Below, one piece after another: positions 7,692 through 16,800 of a DNA stretch of 32,000 bases. This DNA is from Gemmata obscuriglobus. Lineage in GTDB: Bacteria; Planctomycetota; Planctomycetia; Gemmatales; Gemmataceae. The DNA lies in contig NZ_CP042911.1 of assembly GCF_008065095.1 (NCBI RefSeq), positions 7,710,001 to 7,742,000 of the forward strand, given 5' to 3'. Numbering within the stretch: the first letter of the stretch is position 1; every line of letters starts with the position of its first letter. Both the position numbers and the translations under genes were made by a program. Below the pieces are notes generated by a model. It was not told where the DNA came from. It saw nothing but the letters and a program-made list of their open reading frames with translations, and made no database searches.

Positions 7692-7795
7692 GAGAGCAAG
7701 GAAGACAAGATCGCACTACCAGTTTCGGTTCTTTTGGCACTTGGTGTAGAGTGCTGGTCTTGGCGCTCACGGACCATTCGCCAGCAGGAGATCAC

Positions 7796-8428
7796 ATGCG
7801 GCTCATCCTCTCCGCGCTGCTTCTTGCACTCTCGACCGCGGCCACTGCGGCCGAGAAGCCCGTTCCTCTCTTCAACGGCAAGGATCTCACCGGCTGGGAG
7901 GGCGACACCGAGAAGACCTGGAAGGTCGAGGACGGGGCCATCACGGCCGGGTCGCTCGACGCCGTCGTGCCGCGGAACGAGTTCCTTTGCACCACCAAGA
8001 CCTACGAGGACTTCGAGCTCAAGGTGACGTTCAAGCTGACCGGCGACAAGGCGAAGGCGAACGCCGGCGTGCAGTTCCGCACGAAACGCATCCCGAAGCA
8101 CCACGAGGTCATCGGCTACCAGGCGGATGTGGGGCAGGACTACTGGGGCGCCCTCTACGACGAGAGCCGCCGCAACAAGATCCTCGCCAAGCCCGCCAAG
8201 GACGTGATCGAAAAGCTGGTGAAGCACGACGACTGGAACGAGTACGTCGTCCGCTGTGAGGGGCCGCGGATCAAGCTGTGGCTGAACGGCACGCTCACCG
8301 TCGATTACACCGAGGAGGACACGAAGATCGAACGTTCGGGCGTGATCGCGTTACAGATCCACGGCGGCGCGAAAGCGAAGGTGTATTACAAGAACATCGC
8401 CATCGAAGAGCTGCCCGCGAAGAAGTGA
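7796..8428 (+). CDS. DUF1080 (3-keto-disaccharide hydrolase-like) secreted protein
   Basis: AGGAG at 7786-7790 precedes ATG 7796. Signal peptide: MRLILSALLLALSTAATAA. Characteristic motifs: LFNGKDLTGWEG...WKVEDGAI...FELKVTFKL...NAGVQFR...WNEYVVRCEGPRIKLWLNG...GVIALQIHGG...VYYKNIAIEEL. Confidence 0.9.
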   Translation: MRLILSALLLALSTAATAAEKPVPLFNGKDLTGWEGDTEKTWKVEDGAITAGSLDAVVPRNEFLCTTKTYEDFELKVTFKLTGDKAKANAGVQFRTKRIPKHHEVIGYQADVGQDYWGALYDESRRNKILAKPAKDVIEKLVKHDDWNEYVVRCEGPRIKLWLNGTLTVDYTEEDTKIERSGVIALQIHGGAKAKVYYKNIAIEELPAKK

Positions 8429-8509
8429 AGTCACCGCGGGCGAGCTTTGCGGCGGCTCGTTCGGACCTGGGGTCAGAACGGGGGCGGAATGAATCCCGCC
8501 CTGGGTAAC

Positions 8510-8635
8510 GGTCCGGCTGGTTGTGTCTGTTTTTGTGGCACAGACATTCCTGTCTGTGCGACCTTCTCGCGCCGCACAGACAGGAATGTCTGTGCCACAA
8601 AGACAAAACCAAAACGGATACCAACAGCCGGTTCG
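8510..8635. repeat. Family B repeat, copy B1 (full palindrome, 27-bp perfect stem)
   Basis: The arms tgtggcacagacattcctgtctgtgcg (8534-8560) and cgcacagacaggaatgtctgtgccaca (8573-8599) are exact reverse complements with a 12-nt spacer. The flanks ccggctggttg and caacagccgg are also complementary. Each arm contains its own mini-palindrome, CACAGACA-N4-TGTCTGTG. Confidence 0.9.
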
Positions 8636-8657
8636 TGTATGAGTAACGGCGCGCCCC

Positions 8658-8668
8658 GGGGGGGGGGG
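8658..8668. repeat. Homopolymer G11 (preceded by CCCC) at the B1/A2 junction
   Basis: gcgccccGGGGGGGGGGGcagtaac, read directly from the sequence. Confidence 0.9.
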
Positions 8669-8802
8669 CAGTAACACCATCGCTCGATGGACGAGCCAAG
8701 AAGATTTTTGACAGGATCAACAGGATAAACAGGATTTCAAATCGATCGGTCTTTATCCGGTAAATCCTGTCGATCCTGTCAAAATCACTCTTCGTAAACG
8801 TG
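8667..8802 (-). repeat. Family A repeat, copy A2 (reverse orientation)
   Basis: The reverse complement aligns with A1 over the whole core with about 2 mismatches in about 80 bp (core 8705-8784). The flanking tails are more diverged. Confidence 0.85.
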
Positions 8803-8847
8803 AGGGCCGCACGTGGGGCCGGAGATCGGACACGACCGGGGTCGGCG

Positions 8848-9654
8848 TCACTGCCACCGGACCGTGAGCTTGCCCCCCTCGCGGGCCTTGCGCTCGATGT
8901 ACCGGAGCCCGATCCGGGCCACGGAGATGAACACGCACGCCAGGACCGCCAGCACGCTCAGCTCCGCCCACACGTCGAACAGCCCCGGCGTGTGGAACAG
9001 CACCTGGCGCATCGCGTCCATGCCCAGCGTGAGCGGGATCAGGCTCGCGACCAGCGCGACCGCGCGGGGCAGCACGTTCACCGGGAAGTTGGTCCCGCTC
9101 ATCAAGTAAATCGGCTCCTGCAACAGGCTGATGAGGTGCCACGCCTCCCGGCCCCACAGCAGGAACAGCGACGCGAACATCATCCCGAGCCCGTACAGCG
9201 CCGCCAGCGTTATCAGCAGCCCCGCGGCCAGCAGCCACCAGCTCGACGGCTGGAGCGGCACGTCGAAGAGCAGCACCCCGGCGGTGGTGATGGCCGCCGC
9301 CCGTATGGTGGTGGTAATCATCCCGCCGAGCGCCATGCCGGTGAGGATCGCAGTCATCGGGGCCGGCGACATGACGTACAGTTCGAGGTTCCCGGAGTCG
9401 CGCTCCCAGTAGAGTTGCGCCCCGAGCCCCCACAGCACGTTGAGCCAGAAGGTGGTCATGGCGGCGCCGAGGACCAAGACGCCGGTGTACTCCGGCGGCG
9501 CCTGCATCGCGCGGTACGCGTAGGCGAACGCGGACACCGCCAGCACCGGCAGTATCGTCTCCTGGATCATCCACGAGTTGTTGCGGAACAGCCACGCCAC
9601 CCGGGGGTAGGTCCGGGCCTGCGCGGCTTGCAGAAACAGCTTGAGCGAGGCCAT
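8848..9654 (-). CDS. ABC-2 type transporter permease
   Basis: 268 aa with about 6 hydrophobic segments and an ABC-2 style N-terminus (FRNNSWMIQETILPVL). It lies immediately downstream of an ABC ATPase on the same strand (40-nt gap). Confidence 0.85.
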   Translation of the reverse strand: MASLKLFLQAAQARTYPRVAWLFRNNSWMIQETILPVLAVSAFAYAYRAMQAPPEYTGVLVLGAAMTTFWLNVLWGLGAQLYWERDSGNLELYVMSPAPMTAILTGMALGGMITTTIRAAAITTAGVLLFDVPLQPSSWWLLAAGLLITLAALYGLGMMFASLFLLWGREAWHLISLLQEPIYLMSGTNFPVNVLPRAVALVASLIPLTLGMDAMRQVLFHTPGLFDVWAELSVLAVLACVFISVARIGLRYIERKAREGGKLTVRWQ

Positions 9655-9694
9655 GCGGTGTGCTCGTGTACGGTGGCGGTGCCCAAACGCGGCG

Positions 9695-10735
9695 CTACGG
9701 CGCGCCCGGCGGGGCCGCGCCGTCGTTCAGCCCGTGGCCGACCAGCTCGATGAACACGTCTTCGAGCGTCGGCTCCACCTTCTTCATCGTCAGCACGCGG
9801 GCGCCGCCCGTCACCAGCGCCTGCACCACGGTCCCGATGACCGGCTCGTCGAGCAGCGACACCTTCAGCTCCACCGTGGTGGGGGTCGTGGTCGTGGTAA
9901 GCTGGTGGACCCCGGGCAGCGCGCCCGCCGCGGCCCAGCTCCCGGCGCCCGGGGCGAGGGAGATTTCGTAGAGCGGGTACTTCTGCACCTGCCGCTTCAG
10001 GTTCGCGGGGGTGTCGCAGGCGAGCACCTTCCCCTTATCGATGATCGCCAGCCGGTCGCACAGCTCGTCGGCCTCGGCCATGTAGTGCGTGGTGAGCAGC
10101 AGGGTCCGCTCCGGCCGCTCCTTCATCCAGTCGCGGACGAACGTGCGGATGGCCCGGGCGCTGGTCACGTCCAGCCCCAGCGTCGGCTCGTCGAGGAACA
10201 GGATCTTGGGGTCGGTGATGAACCCGCGACAAAAGTTCATCTTTTGTCGCTGACCGGTCGATAAGTGGCTAATACGGCTGCCGGCCTTGTCGGTCATGCC
10301 GACGATGCCGAGCATCCGGTCGATGCGCTCCTCGGCGACCTTCGTGGGGACGCCGTAGATGCGTGCGAACAGCCACAGGTTCTCCCGCACGTTGAGGATG
10401 CCGTACCCGCTGGACTCCCCGCCCGACACCATGTTGATCCGCGGCCGGAGCGCGTCGGCCTCGGCGACCACGTCGAGGCCGTCCACGCGGGCGGTCCCGG
10501 CGGTCGGCGCGAGCAGGGTGGTGAGGATCTTGATGAGCGTGGTTTTGCCCGCTCCGTTCGGGCCGAGCAGCCCGAACAGCTCGCCCGGGCGCACCTCGAG
10601 TGACACCCCGTCGAGCGCCACGAAGTCGGCCGGCGCGGCGGCGGCGGGGTCGGGTTTCGACCACCACCAGCGCCGCTTCCGGCTCTTGCGGTACGTGCGG
10701 GTCAGTCCTTCGGTGCGGATCGCCGGGGGTTCCAT
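9695..10735 (-). CDS. ABC transporter ATP-binding protein (ABC-2 / DrrA-like) with basic Trp-rich insertion near the N-terminus
   Basis: Walker A GPNGAGKTT, signature LSTGQRQK, Walker B ILFLDEPTLGLD and H-loop TTHYM are all present. I chose the start at ATG 10735 (MEPPAIRTEGL). The track extension to 10930 has no support. An unusual insert, RKSRKRRWWWSKPDPAAAAP, lies before the Walker A region. Confidence 0.9.
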   Translation of the reverse strand: MEPPAIRTEGLTRTYRKSRKRRWWWSKPDPAAAAPADFVALDGVSLEVRPGELFGLLGPNGAGKTTLIKILTTLLAPTAGTARVDGLDVVAEADALRPRINMVSGGESSGYGILNVRENLWLFARIYGVPTKVAEERIDRMLGIVGMTDKAGSRISHLSTGQRQKMNFCRGFITDPKILFLDEPTLGLDVTSARAIRTFVRDWMKERPERTLLLTTHYMAEADELCDRLAIIDKGKVLACDTPANLKRQVQKYPLYEISLAPGAGSWAAAGALPGVHQLTTTTTPTTVELKVSLLDEPVIGTVVQALVTGGARVLTMKKVEPTLEDVFIELVGHGLNDGAAPPGAP

Positions 10736-10947
10736 GCCCCCATTGTAGGCACGCACGTGCCGATCAGTGAGAGCCGGCAAAAGGCGGTGAGCCGTGCCGG
10801 ATGTGTGAGCCGCGCCCGGTCCGCCGGGTTGCGCCCGAGGGCCAGCGAAGTGAAAGCGCCGCAGAGTGCAAGACGATCTTTTCAGCCCCCGTAGTCCGGC
10901 GCTAAACTGCTCCAACGCCCGGTGGCTCACGTGCAGACGAAACGGTC

Positions 10948-10976
10948 TTGACCGCAGCTCGTGGCGACGCTATGAG
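10948..10976 (+). promoter_or_regulatory. Candidate sigma70-type promoter TTGACC-N17-TATGAG
   Basis: TTGACC at 10948-10953, a 17-nt spacer, and TATGAG at 10971-10976. If functional, it favours ATG 11029 as the start of the downstream gene. Confidence 0.3.
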
Positions 10977-11028
10977 CCCGATCGTTCGGATTCCCCCGTC
11001 CCGAACCTCGCACAAATCAGGTGACCTG

Positions 11029-13416
11029 ATGCTCCGACGCGCGCACTCGCCCGCGCTTCAGGTGGAACAGCTCGAGGACCGGTTCAACCCGGCCGGTTCC
11101 GTCATTCCCGCCGGTGAATTCAACTGGACCCAGTACAGCCCGACGGGCGAGCTGGGCCAGTTGCTGTGGAACGGCGGCAACCTGGTCTACCAGTCGCGCG
11201 TCGCCGGTGCGTGGAGCACGGAGACCGTGGCGGCGTCCGGGGTGTTCACCGCGGGCGAGTACAACAGCACCGACGCGGTGCAGAAGGCGTCGCAGACCGC
11301 GCAGCTCGTGTTCACCAGCGACGGGACCCCGCACGCGCTGTTCCTCGAAAAGGTGTGGGCCGGGAGCTCGTACCAGACGCTCATCCAGCACTACGCGCGC
11401 ACGTCCGCCGGGTGGCAGCACGTCGAGACGATCACCCCGACCTGGCAGTCGTCGTGGGGGCCGAACAACCTGGTCGCGGAGGCCGGGGCGAACAACTCGA
11501 TCCACCTGATCTTCACCGAAACCACGGCCGCCGCGACCGGCGTGGGGAACTTCGGCGCCGGCCAGTTGTGGTACTCCACCAACGCCAGCGGTTCGTGGGG
11601 GTTCGCCAAGGTCGCGGACACGGCGGACCTGGGCCAGGACGTGTGGTTCACCGGCGGCCGGTGGGCGCCGCGGTTCCTGTCGCTCGCGGTCGATTCGCTC
11701 AACTACGCGCACGTGACCTACACCCCGCAGTTCTACATCGCGGGCGCGTTCTCGACGGTCAACAGCACGCTGATGTACGCGACGAACCGCGGCGGCGCGT
11801 GGAACTCGCAGACCCTGATGGCGCCCGGCGACGGGACCGCCGACGCGGGGCTGGGGGCCAGCGTCGCGGTCGGCCCCGGGGACCAGATCGCGGTCGCGAG
11901 CTACTACGTGGACCGGTACAACACCGGCTCGCCGCAGACCTCGCAGCTCATGTACCACACGCTCACCGCGGGCGGGTGGACGCACAGCGTGGTGGCGAGC
12001 ACCCCCGCGGGTTACGTCGCGGGCGACGGCGCCCGGTTCACCGGGTTCGCGCCGCAGCTCTACTTCGACGCCAGCGGCCAGGCCAACATCGTGTTCTCGG
12101 ACGAGGCCGCCGAGCACCTGCCGGTCAGCTACGCGAACCAGTTCGCGGGCCAGATCCGGCTCGCCACCCTCGCGGGCGGGGCGTGGTCGACCCAGACCAT
12201 CTACTCGCAGACGGACCCGATCCGCAACCAGCTCCTGTACCCGGTCGCGGCCACGTACAACGGGCAGACCACCTTCGCCGGGCTGGTGGCGACGAGCACC
12301 GTGGACGGGAACAAGAACCCGGTCCGCACCGACTACACGCCGGTCGACGTGAACGCGCCCTACGGGTCGGCGACGGCGCCAGTGTCCGCCACGCCGCCGG
12401 TCACCACCAAGCCCGGTTCCACCACGCCCGCCGCGGGCGCCGTGACCGGCGGGAGCGCCGCCGGCAGCGGCTGGGCGGTGGCCTCGGACAGCGGGGCTAC
12501 GGCCTCGCGGGTGTACGTGTACCGGTCCGACGGCACCCTCTCCATGTCCGTCACCCCGTTCGGCGACGGGTACCGCGGCGGGGTCCGGGTCGCGCGGGGC
12601 GACGTCAACGGCGACGGCGTCATCGACCTGATTACGGTCAGCGGCGCCGGGATCGAGAGCCGGGTGCGGGTGTGGAGCGGGGTCAACGCGGCCATGATCG
12701 CGGACTTCGTCCCGTTCGCCGGGTACCAGGGCGGGCTGTGGGTGGCCGCCGGCGACATCAACGGCGACGGGGCGGCGGACATCGCGCTCGGCACCGACCT
12801 CGGCAACGTGCCGCACGTGAAGGTGTTCAACGGCCGCGGAGTGAACGAGATCGCCAGCTTCTACGCGTACTCCGTCGGGTTCCTCGGCGGCGTGCGGGTG
12901 GGCGTCGGCGACCTGAACCGCGACGGGTTCGCGGACCTCGTGACCGGGGCCGGGTACGGTGCCGGGCCGCACGTCCGGACGTTCGACGGCAAGGCGCTCG
13001 CGGGCGGCGCCGGACCCAAGCTGCTCGCCAACGACTTCTTCGCGTTCGCCCCGTCCATGACCGCCGGGCTGAACATCACGGTGGGCGACATCGACGGCGA
13101 CGGCTACGCCGACATCGCCGCGTCGCCCGGCGCCGGCGCCGCACACCTGCGGGTGTTCAGCGGCCGGGGCCTGTCGAACGGCCAGGGGCCGGTGGAACTG
13201 CTCAGCACCATCGCCTGGGACGGCGCAACGGGCCTGCGTACCGCGGCGGCCGACGTTAACGGCGACGGCCGGATGGACCTGATCGCGGCCACCGCCGGCG
13301 CGAACAACGGCCGCATCGCCGTGTTCACCAACTCCAACCTGTTGCCGCCGAACCCGCTCGGCGTCCGCTGGATCGACACGGTCCCGGGCACCAGCACCGG
13401 CGTCTTCGTCGGCTAA
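11029..13416 (+). CDS. Large surface/secreted-type protein: N-terminal LEDR motif, G-x-W repeat propeller-like region, Pro/Thr/Gly linker, C-terminal FG-GAP/VCBS repeats
   Basis: MLRRAHSPALQVEQLEDRFNPAG. Six repeats of about 60-70 aa follow (AGAWSTETV, SAGWQHVETI, SGSWGFAKV, GGAWNSQTL, AGGWTHSVV, GGAWSTQTI). The linker is PVSATPPVTTKPGSTTPAAG. FG-GAP-like calcium-loop motifs: GDVNGDGVIDL, GDINGDGAADI, GDLNRDGFADL, GDIDGDGYADI, ADVNGDGRMDL. Alternative starts are TTG 10948 and ATG 10972. Confidence 0.85.
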   Translation: MLRRAHSPALQVEQLEDRFNPAGSVIPAGEFNWTQYSPTGELGQLLWNGGNLVYQSRVAGAWSTETVAASGVFTAGEYNSTDAVQKASQTAQLVFTSDGTPHALFLEKVWAGSSYQTLIQHYARTSAGWQHVETITPTWQSSWGPNNLVAEAGANNSIHLIFTETTAAATGVGNFGAGQLWYSTNASGSWGFAKVADTADLGQDVWFTGGRWAPRFLSLAVDSLNYAHVTYTPQFYIAGAFSTVNSTLMYATNRGGAWNSQTLMAPGDGTADAGLGASVAVGPGDQIAVASYYVDRYNTGSPQTSQLMYHTLTAGGWTHSVVASTPAGYVAGDGARFTGFAPQLYFDASGQANIVFSDEAAEHLPVSYANQFAGQIRLATLAGGAWSTQTIYSQTDPIRNQLLYPVAATYNGQTTFAGLVATSTVDGNKNPVRTDYTPVDVNAPYGSATAPVSATPPVTTKPGSTTPAAGAVTGGSAAGSGWAVASDSGATASRVYVYRSDGTLSMSVTPFGDGYRGGVRVARGDVNGDGVIDLITVSGAGIESRVRVWSGVNAAMIADFVPFAGYQGGLWVAAGDINGDGAADIALGTDLGNVPHVKVFNGRGVNEIASFYAYSVGFLGGVRVGVGDLNRDGFADLVTGAGYGAGPHVRTFDGKALAGGAGPKLLANDFFAFAPSMTAGLNITVGDIDGDGYADIAASPGAGAAHLRVFSGRGLSNGQGPVELLSTIAWDGATGLRTAAADVNGDGRMDLIAATAGANNGRIAVFTNSNLLPPNPLGVRWIDTVPGTSTGVFVG

Positions 13417-13448
13417 AGGTTGTCGAACGAATCGATTTTTTTTTGCCG

Positions 13449-13489
13449 GCCGCGCTCACACGACGTTGTGTGGGCGCGGCTTTCTTTTG
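13449..13489 (+). terminator. Rho-independent terminator
   Basis: The stem pairs gccgcgctcacac (13449-13461) with gtgtgggcgcggc (13468-13480), 13 bp with one G-U, around a 6-nt loop. TTTCTTTTG follows. It lies 33 nt after stop 13416. Confidence 0.75.
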
Positions 13490-13885
13490 TATTTCGCTCG
13501 CCAGATGTGTGGTTCGTGTGGCGTTTGCTTCGTCCCGTATCCGGCCCCAGAGAGGCGGCAGGGCACGGGAATCACTTCGTGATCGTTACGGTGGGCGTGT
13601 GAAGAGCTGTCTTGACCACGTGACCACAATCTGAACTGCCCGGGGACGGCCCCGGGCCTCGGAGCGGCACACCGCACCGGCCGCGAGCGACTCCCCTGAT
13701 CGCTCGCGGCCGGCACGGCGGCGCTCCGCTCGTGTGTTTGCGCCTTTTGCTCCCGACTTGTCAAAGACCGGTGGTTCCGTGACCGCTTCGCCCCGGCTCT
13801 CCCCAGAGCCAGGGCATTCCTTCCGCATCCACATCCGGTTACTATGTGCGAAGCTCAAAACTTACACGCTGGGTTCTGACACAGC

Positions 13886-16800
13886 ATGTTTCGCTTTCGC
13901 ACACCCCTTGCCCTCGCTACGCTCGCCCTTTTGCTCGCCGTCGCTGCGGTCGGGTCGCCCCGGTCGCCGGCCGACAAGCGACCCGAGCACCCGGTGCCCG
14001 AGCCGTACAAACAAGCCCCACCCCATTCGTTCGAGTGCCGGTGGGCGGACACTCCGATCGTTCTCGACGGGCTCGCGGACGAACCCGCGTGGGCGCTCGC
14101 ACAACCGATATCTGCATTCCACGTGCCGTGGCTGGGCGACAAAGCCCGGATGTCCCGCACCGCGACCGCCGCGAAACTGCTCTGGGATCGCGAGTACATC
14201 TACTTCCACGCCGACATGGAGGACTCGGACCTCTTCGCCGACATCACCGAGCACGACGGCGGTTTGTGGAAGAACGACGTGTTCGAGCTGTTCTTGCGCC
14301 CGGATGCGGAGAAACTTGGGTACTACGAGTTCCAGGTCAACGCCGCCGGGGCACGGTTCGACGCGTTCTACCCGAAGTACGACCTGGACCGGCTCGGCGC
14401 GCACGCCAAGGCCGGGACGTTCGGCCTCGAAGCGAAGGTGAAGCTGCGCGGCACGCTCAACGCGCGCGACGACGCCGATAAAGGCTGGAGCGTGGAGGGG
14501 CGCATCCCGTGGGGGGACTTCCTGCGCACCGGCGGGCGCCCGGTCGCCGGCGAGAAGTGGAAGCTCAACCTGTGCCGGTTCGACTACAGCGCCGACTGGG
14601 CGGAGCCCGAGCTGTCGTGCGTGGCGCCCATCGCGAAGAAGAAGATCCCGCCGTTCTTCCACCAGAGCGACGACTACGCCACCCTCACCTTCGTCGGCCC
14701 CACGGCGGCCACCGCCAAGCCATACGGGATCGAGGCGCGCGAGCCGGTGGCGTCGAAGGTGGTCGGGTTCCCGGACCCGCCCCCGCCGTTCGTCGCGACC
14801 CGCATCCTCGGCAAATACCGCCCGGAATACCCGATCCGCGTGGAGCCGATCCCGGGCACGTCGGAAGCGCTCGTCATCACGCAGCCGCACGCCTACGGCC
14901 CGACGAAGGTGCTGCGCGTCCCGTTCGGCCCCGGCGCCACCGACAAGGACGCGGTGAAGCAACTCGACACGCCCAACGGGGGCACCGCCTACGACATCGC
15001 GTTTCACCCGAAGTTCGCCGAGAACCGGTACGTCTACATCGGCTGGAACGGCTCCCCCACGGGGCGGAAGAAGAAATCCAGCATCATCTCGCGCTACACG
15101 ATGACCGCGAAGGCGCCCTACGAACTCGACCCGAAGAGCGAGCGGACCGTCATCGAGTGGGAGTCCGACGGGCACAACGGCGCCGCGGTGTGCTTCGGCC
15201 CGGACGGGATGATGTACGTCACGAGCGGCGACGGCACCGCGGACTCCGACGCGAACCTGACGGGGCAGCGCACCGACCTCTTGCTCGCGAAGGTGCTGCG
15301 CATCGACGTGGACCACCCGGCCGACGGGAAGATGTACGGCGTGCCGAAGGACAACCCCTACATCGGTCGCAAGGAGTTCGCGCCCGAGACGTGGGCCTAC
15401 GGCCTCCGCAACCCGTGGCGCGTCACCTACGACGCCAAGCTGAACCAGCTCTGGGTGGGGCAGAACGGCCAGGACCTGTGGGAGCAGGCGTATCTGGTCA
15501 AGAAGGGCGAGAACTACGGGTGGAGCGTGACGGAGGGCTCGCACCCGTTCTACCCGAACCGCAAGGCGGGGCCGACGCCGATCACCAAGCCCACGGTGGA
15601 GCACCACCACTCCGAGGCGCGCTCGCTGACGGGCGGGGTAGTGTACCACGGGGACAAGTTGCCGGGGCTGAAGGGCGCCTACGTCTACGGCGACTACAGC
15701 ACCGGCCACATCTGGGCCGTGAAGCACACGGGCGAGAAGATCGAGTGGCACAAGAAGATCGCGATCACCACGCTGAAGATCACGAACTTCGCGCTCGACC
15801 GCGACGGCGAACTGGTCATCTGCCACCACGCCCCCGCGGGCGAGGGCGGGTTCTACACGCTCACCCCGAACACCGCGAAGGCCGACACCGGGTTCCCCAA
15901 AAAGCTGAGCGAGAGCGGCCTCTTCGCCTCGGTCAAGGACCACACGATGGCCCCGGGCGTGGTGCCGTACTCGGTGAACGCGCCGTTCTGGTCCGACGGG
16001 CTGCACAAGGAGCGGTTCCTGGCGGTGCCCGCGGGGAAGGTCTCGTACAAGCGCGCCGGCGGCTGGGACTTCCCGGACGGGGCGGTGCTGGTGAAGAGCT
16101 TCGCGCTCGAAACCCGCGAAGGCGACCCGGCGAGCCGCACGTGGATCGAGACGCGGTTCATGACGCGCCAGGGCGGCGAGTGGTACGGCTACTCCTACGT
16201 CTGGAACGACGCCGGCACCGACGCGACCCTCGTGGACGCGGCCGGGCTGGACCGCGAGTTCACGGTCCGGACCGCCGCCGGCGCGGCGAAGCAGTCGTGG
16301 CACTACCCGAGCCGGGCCGAGTGCATGGTGTGCCACAGCCGCGCCGCGAACTACGTGCTGGGGCTGTGCGAGGTGCAGATGAACAAGGACCACACCTACC
16401 CGAACGGTCGCACCGACAACCAGCTCCGCGTGCTCGAGCACCTGGGGCTGCTCGACGTGGGGTGGGCCGGCGAGGCCAAGGACCCCAGCGCGCGGCAGCA
16501 GCCGGACCAGCGCGAGCCGAAGCCGACGGGGATGCTGCCCGCGCCGCCCGCGGGGCTGAAGCGGTTGGCCAACCCCTACGACAAGACGCAGCCGCTGGCG
16601 GAGCGGGCGAAGGCGTACCTGCACGTGAACTGCTCGAGCTGCCACGTGGAGGCGGGCGGCGGGAACGCGCAGATGGACCTCGGCTACGCGACCGCGTGGG
16701 ACAAGATGCGGCTGATCGACGCGAAGCCGGTCCACCAGTCGTTCGGGCTGGCGGACGCGCGGCTCGTCGCCCCGGGCGCGCCCGAGCGGAGCGTGGTGCT

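Noticed and set aside
8534-8560. A sigma-54 promoter look-alike, TGGCAC-N5-TTCC, inside the family B arms.
   Set aside because: The -12 element reads TTCC (B1) or TCCC (B3) rather than TTGC, so GG-N10-GC is not satisfied. The motif occurs symmetrically on both strands as part of the hairpin, and no bEBP or sigma-54-type gene context is present.
8510-8802. Whether the A/B repeats could be a CRISPR array.
   Set aside because: The copies are inverted palindromes of 80-140 bp scattered kilobases apart. They are not short direct repeats with regular unique spacers, and no cas genes are present.
11017-13259. The 709-aa minus-strand ORF (11017-13146) and the 697-aa plus-strand ORF (11166-13259) overlapping the FG-GAP gene.
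   Set aside because: Both translate to Arg/Gly/Asp-rich junk. Only frame 10948/11029-13416 shows repeat architecture and FG-GAP calcium loops.
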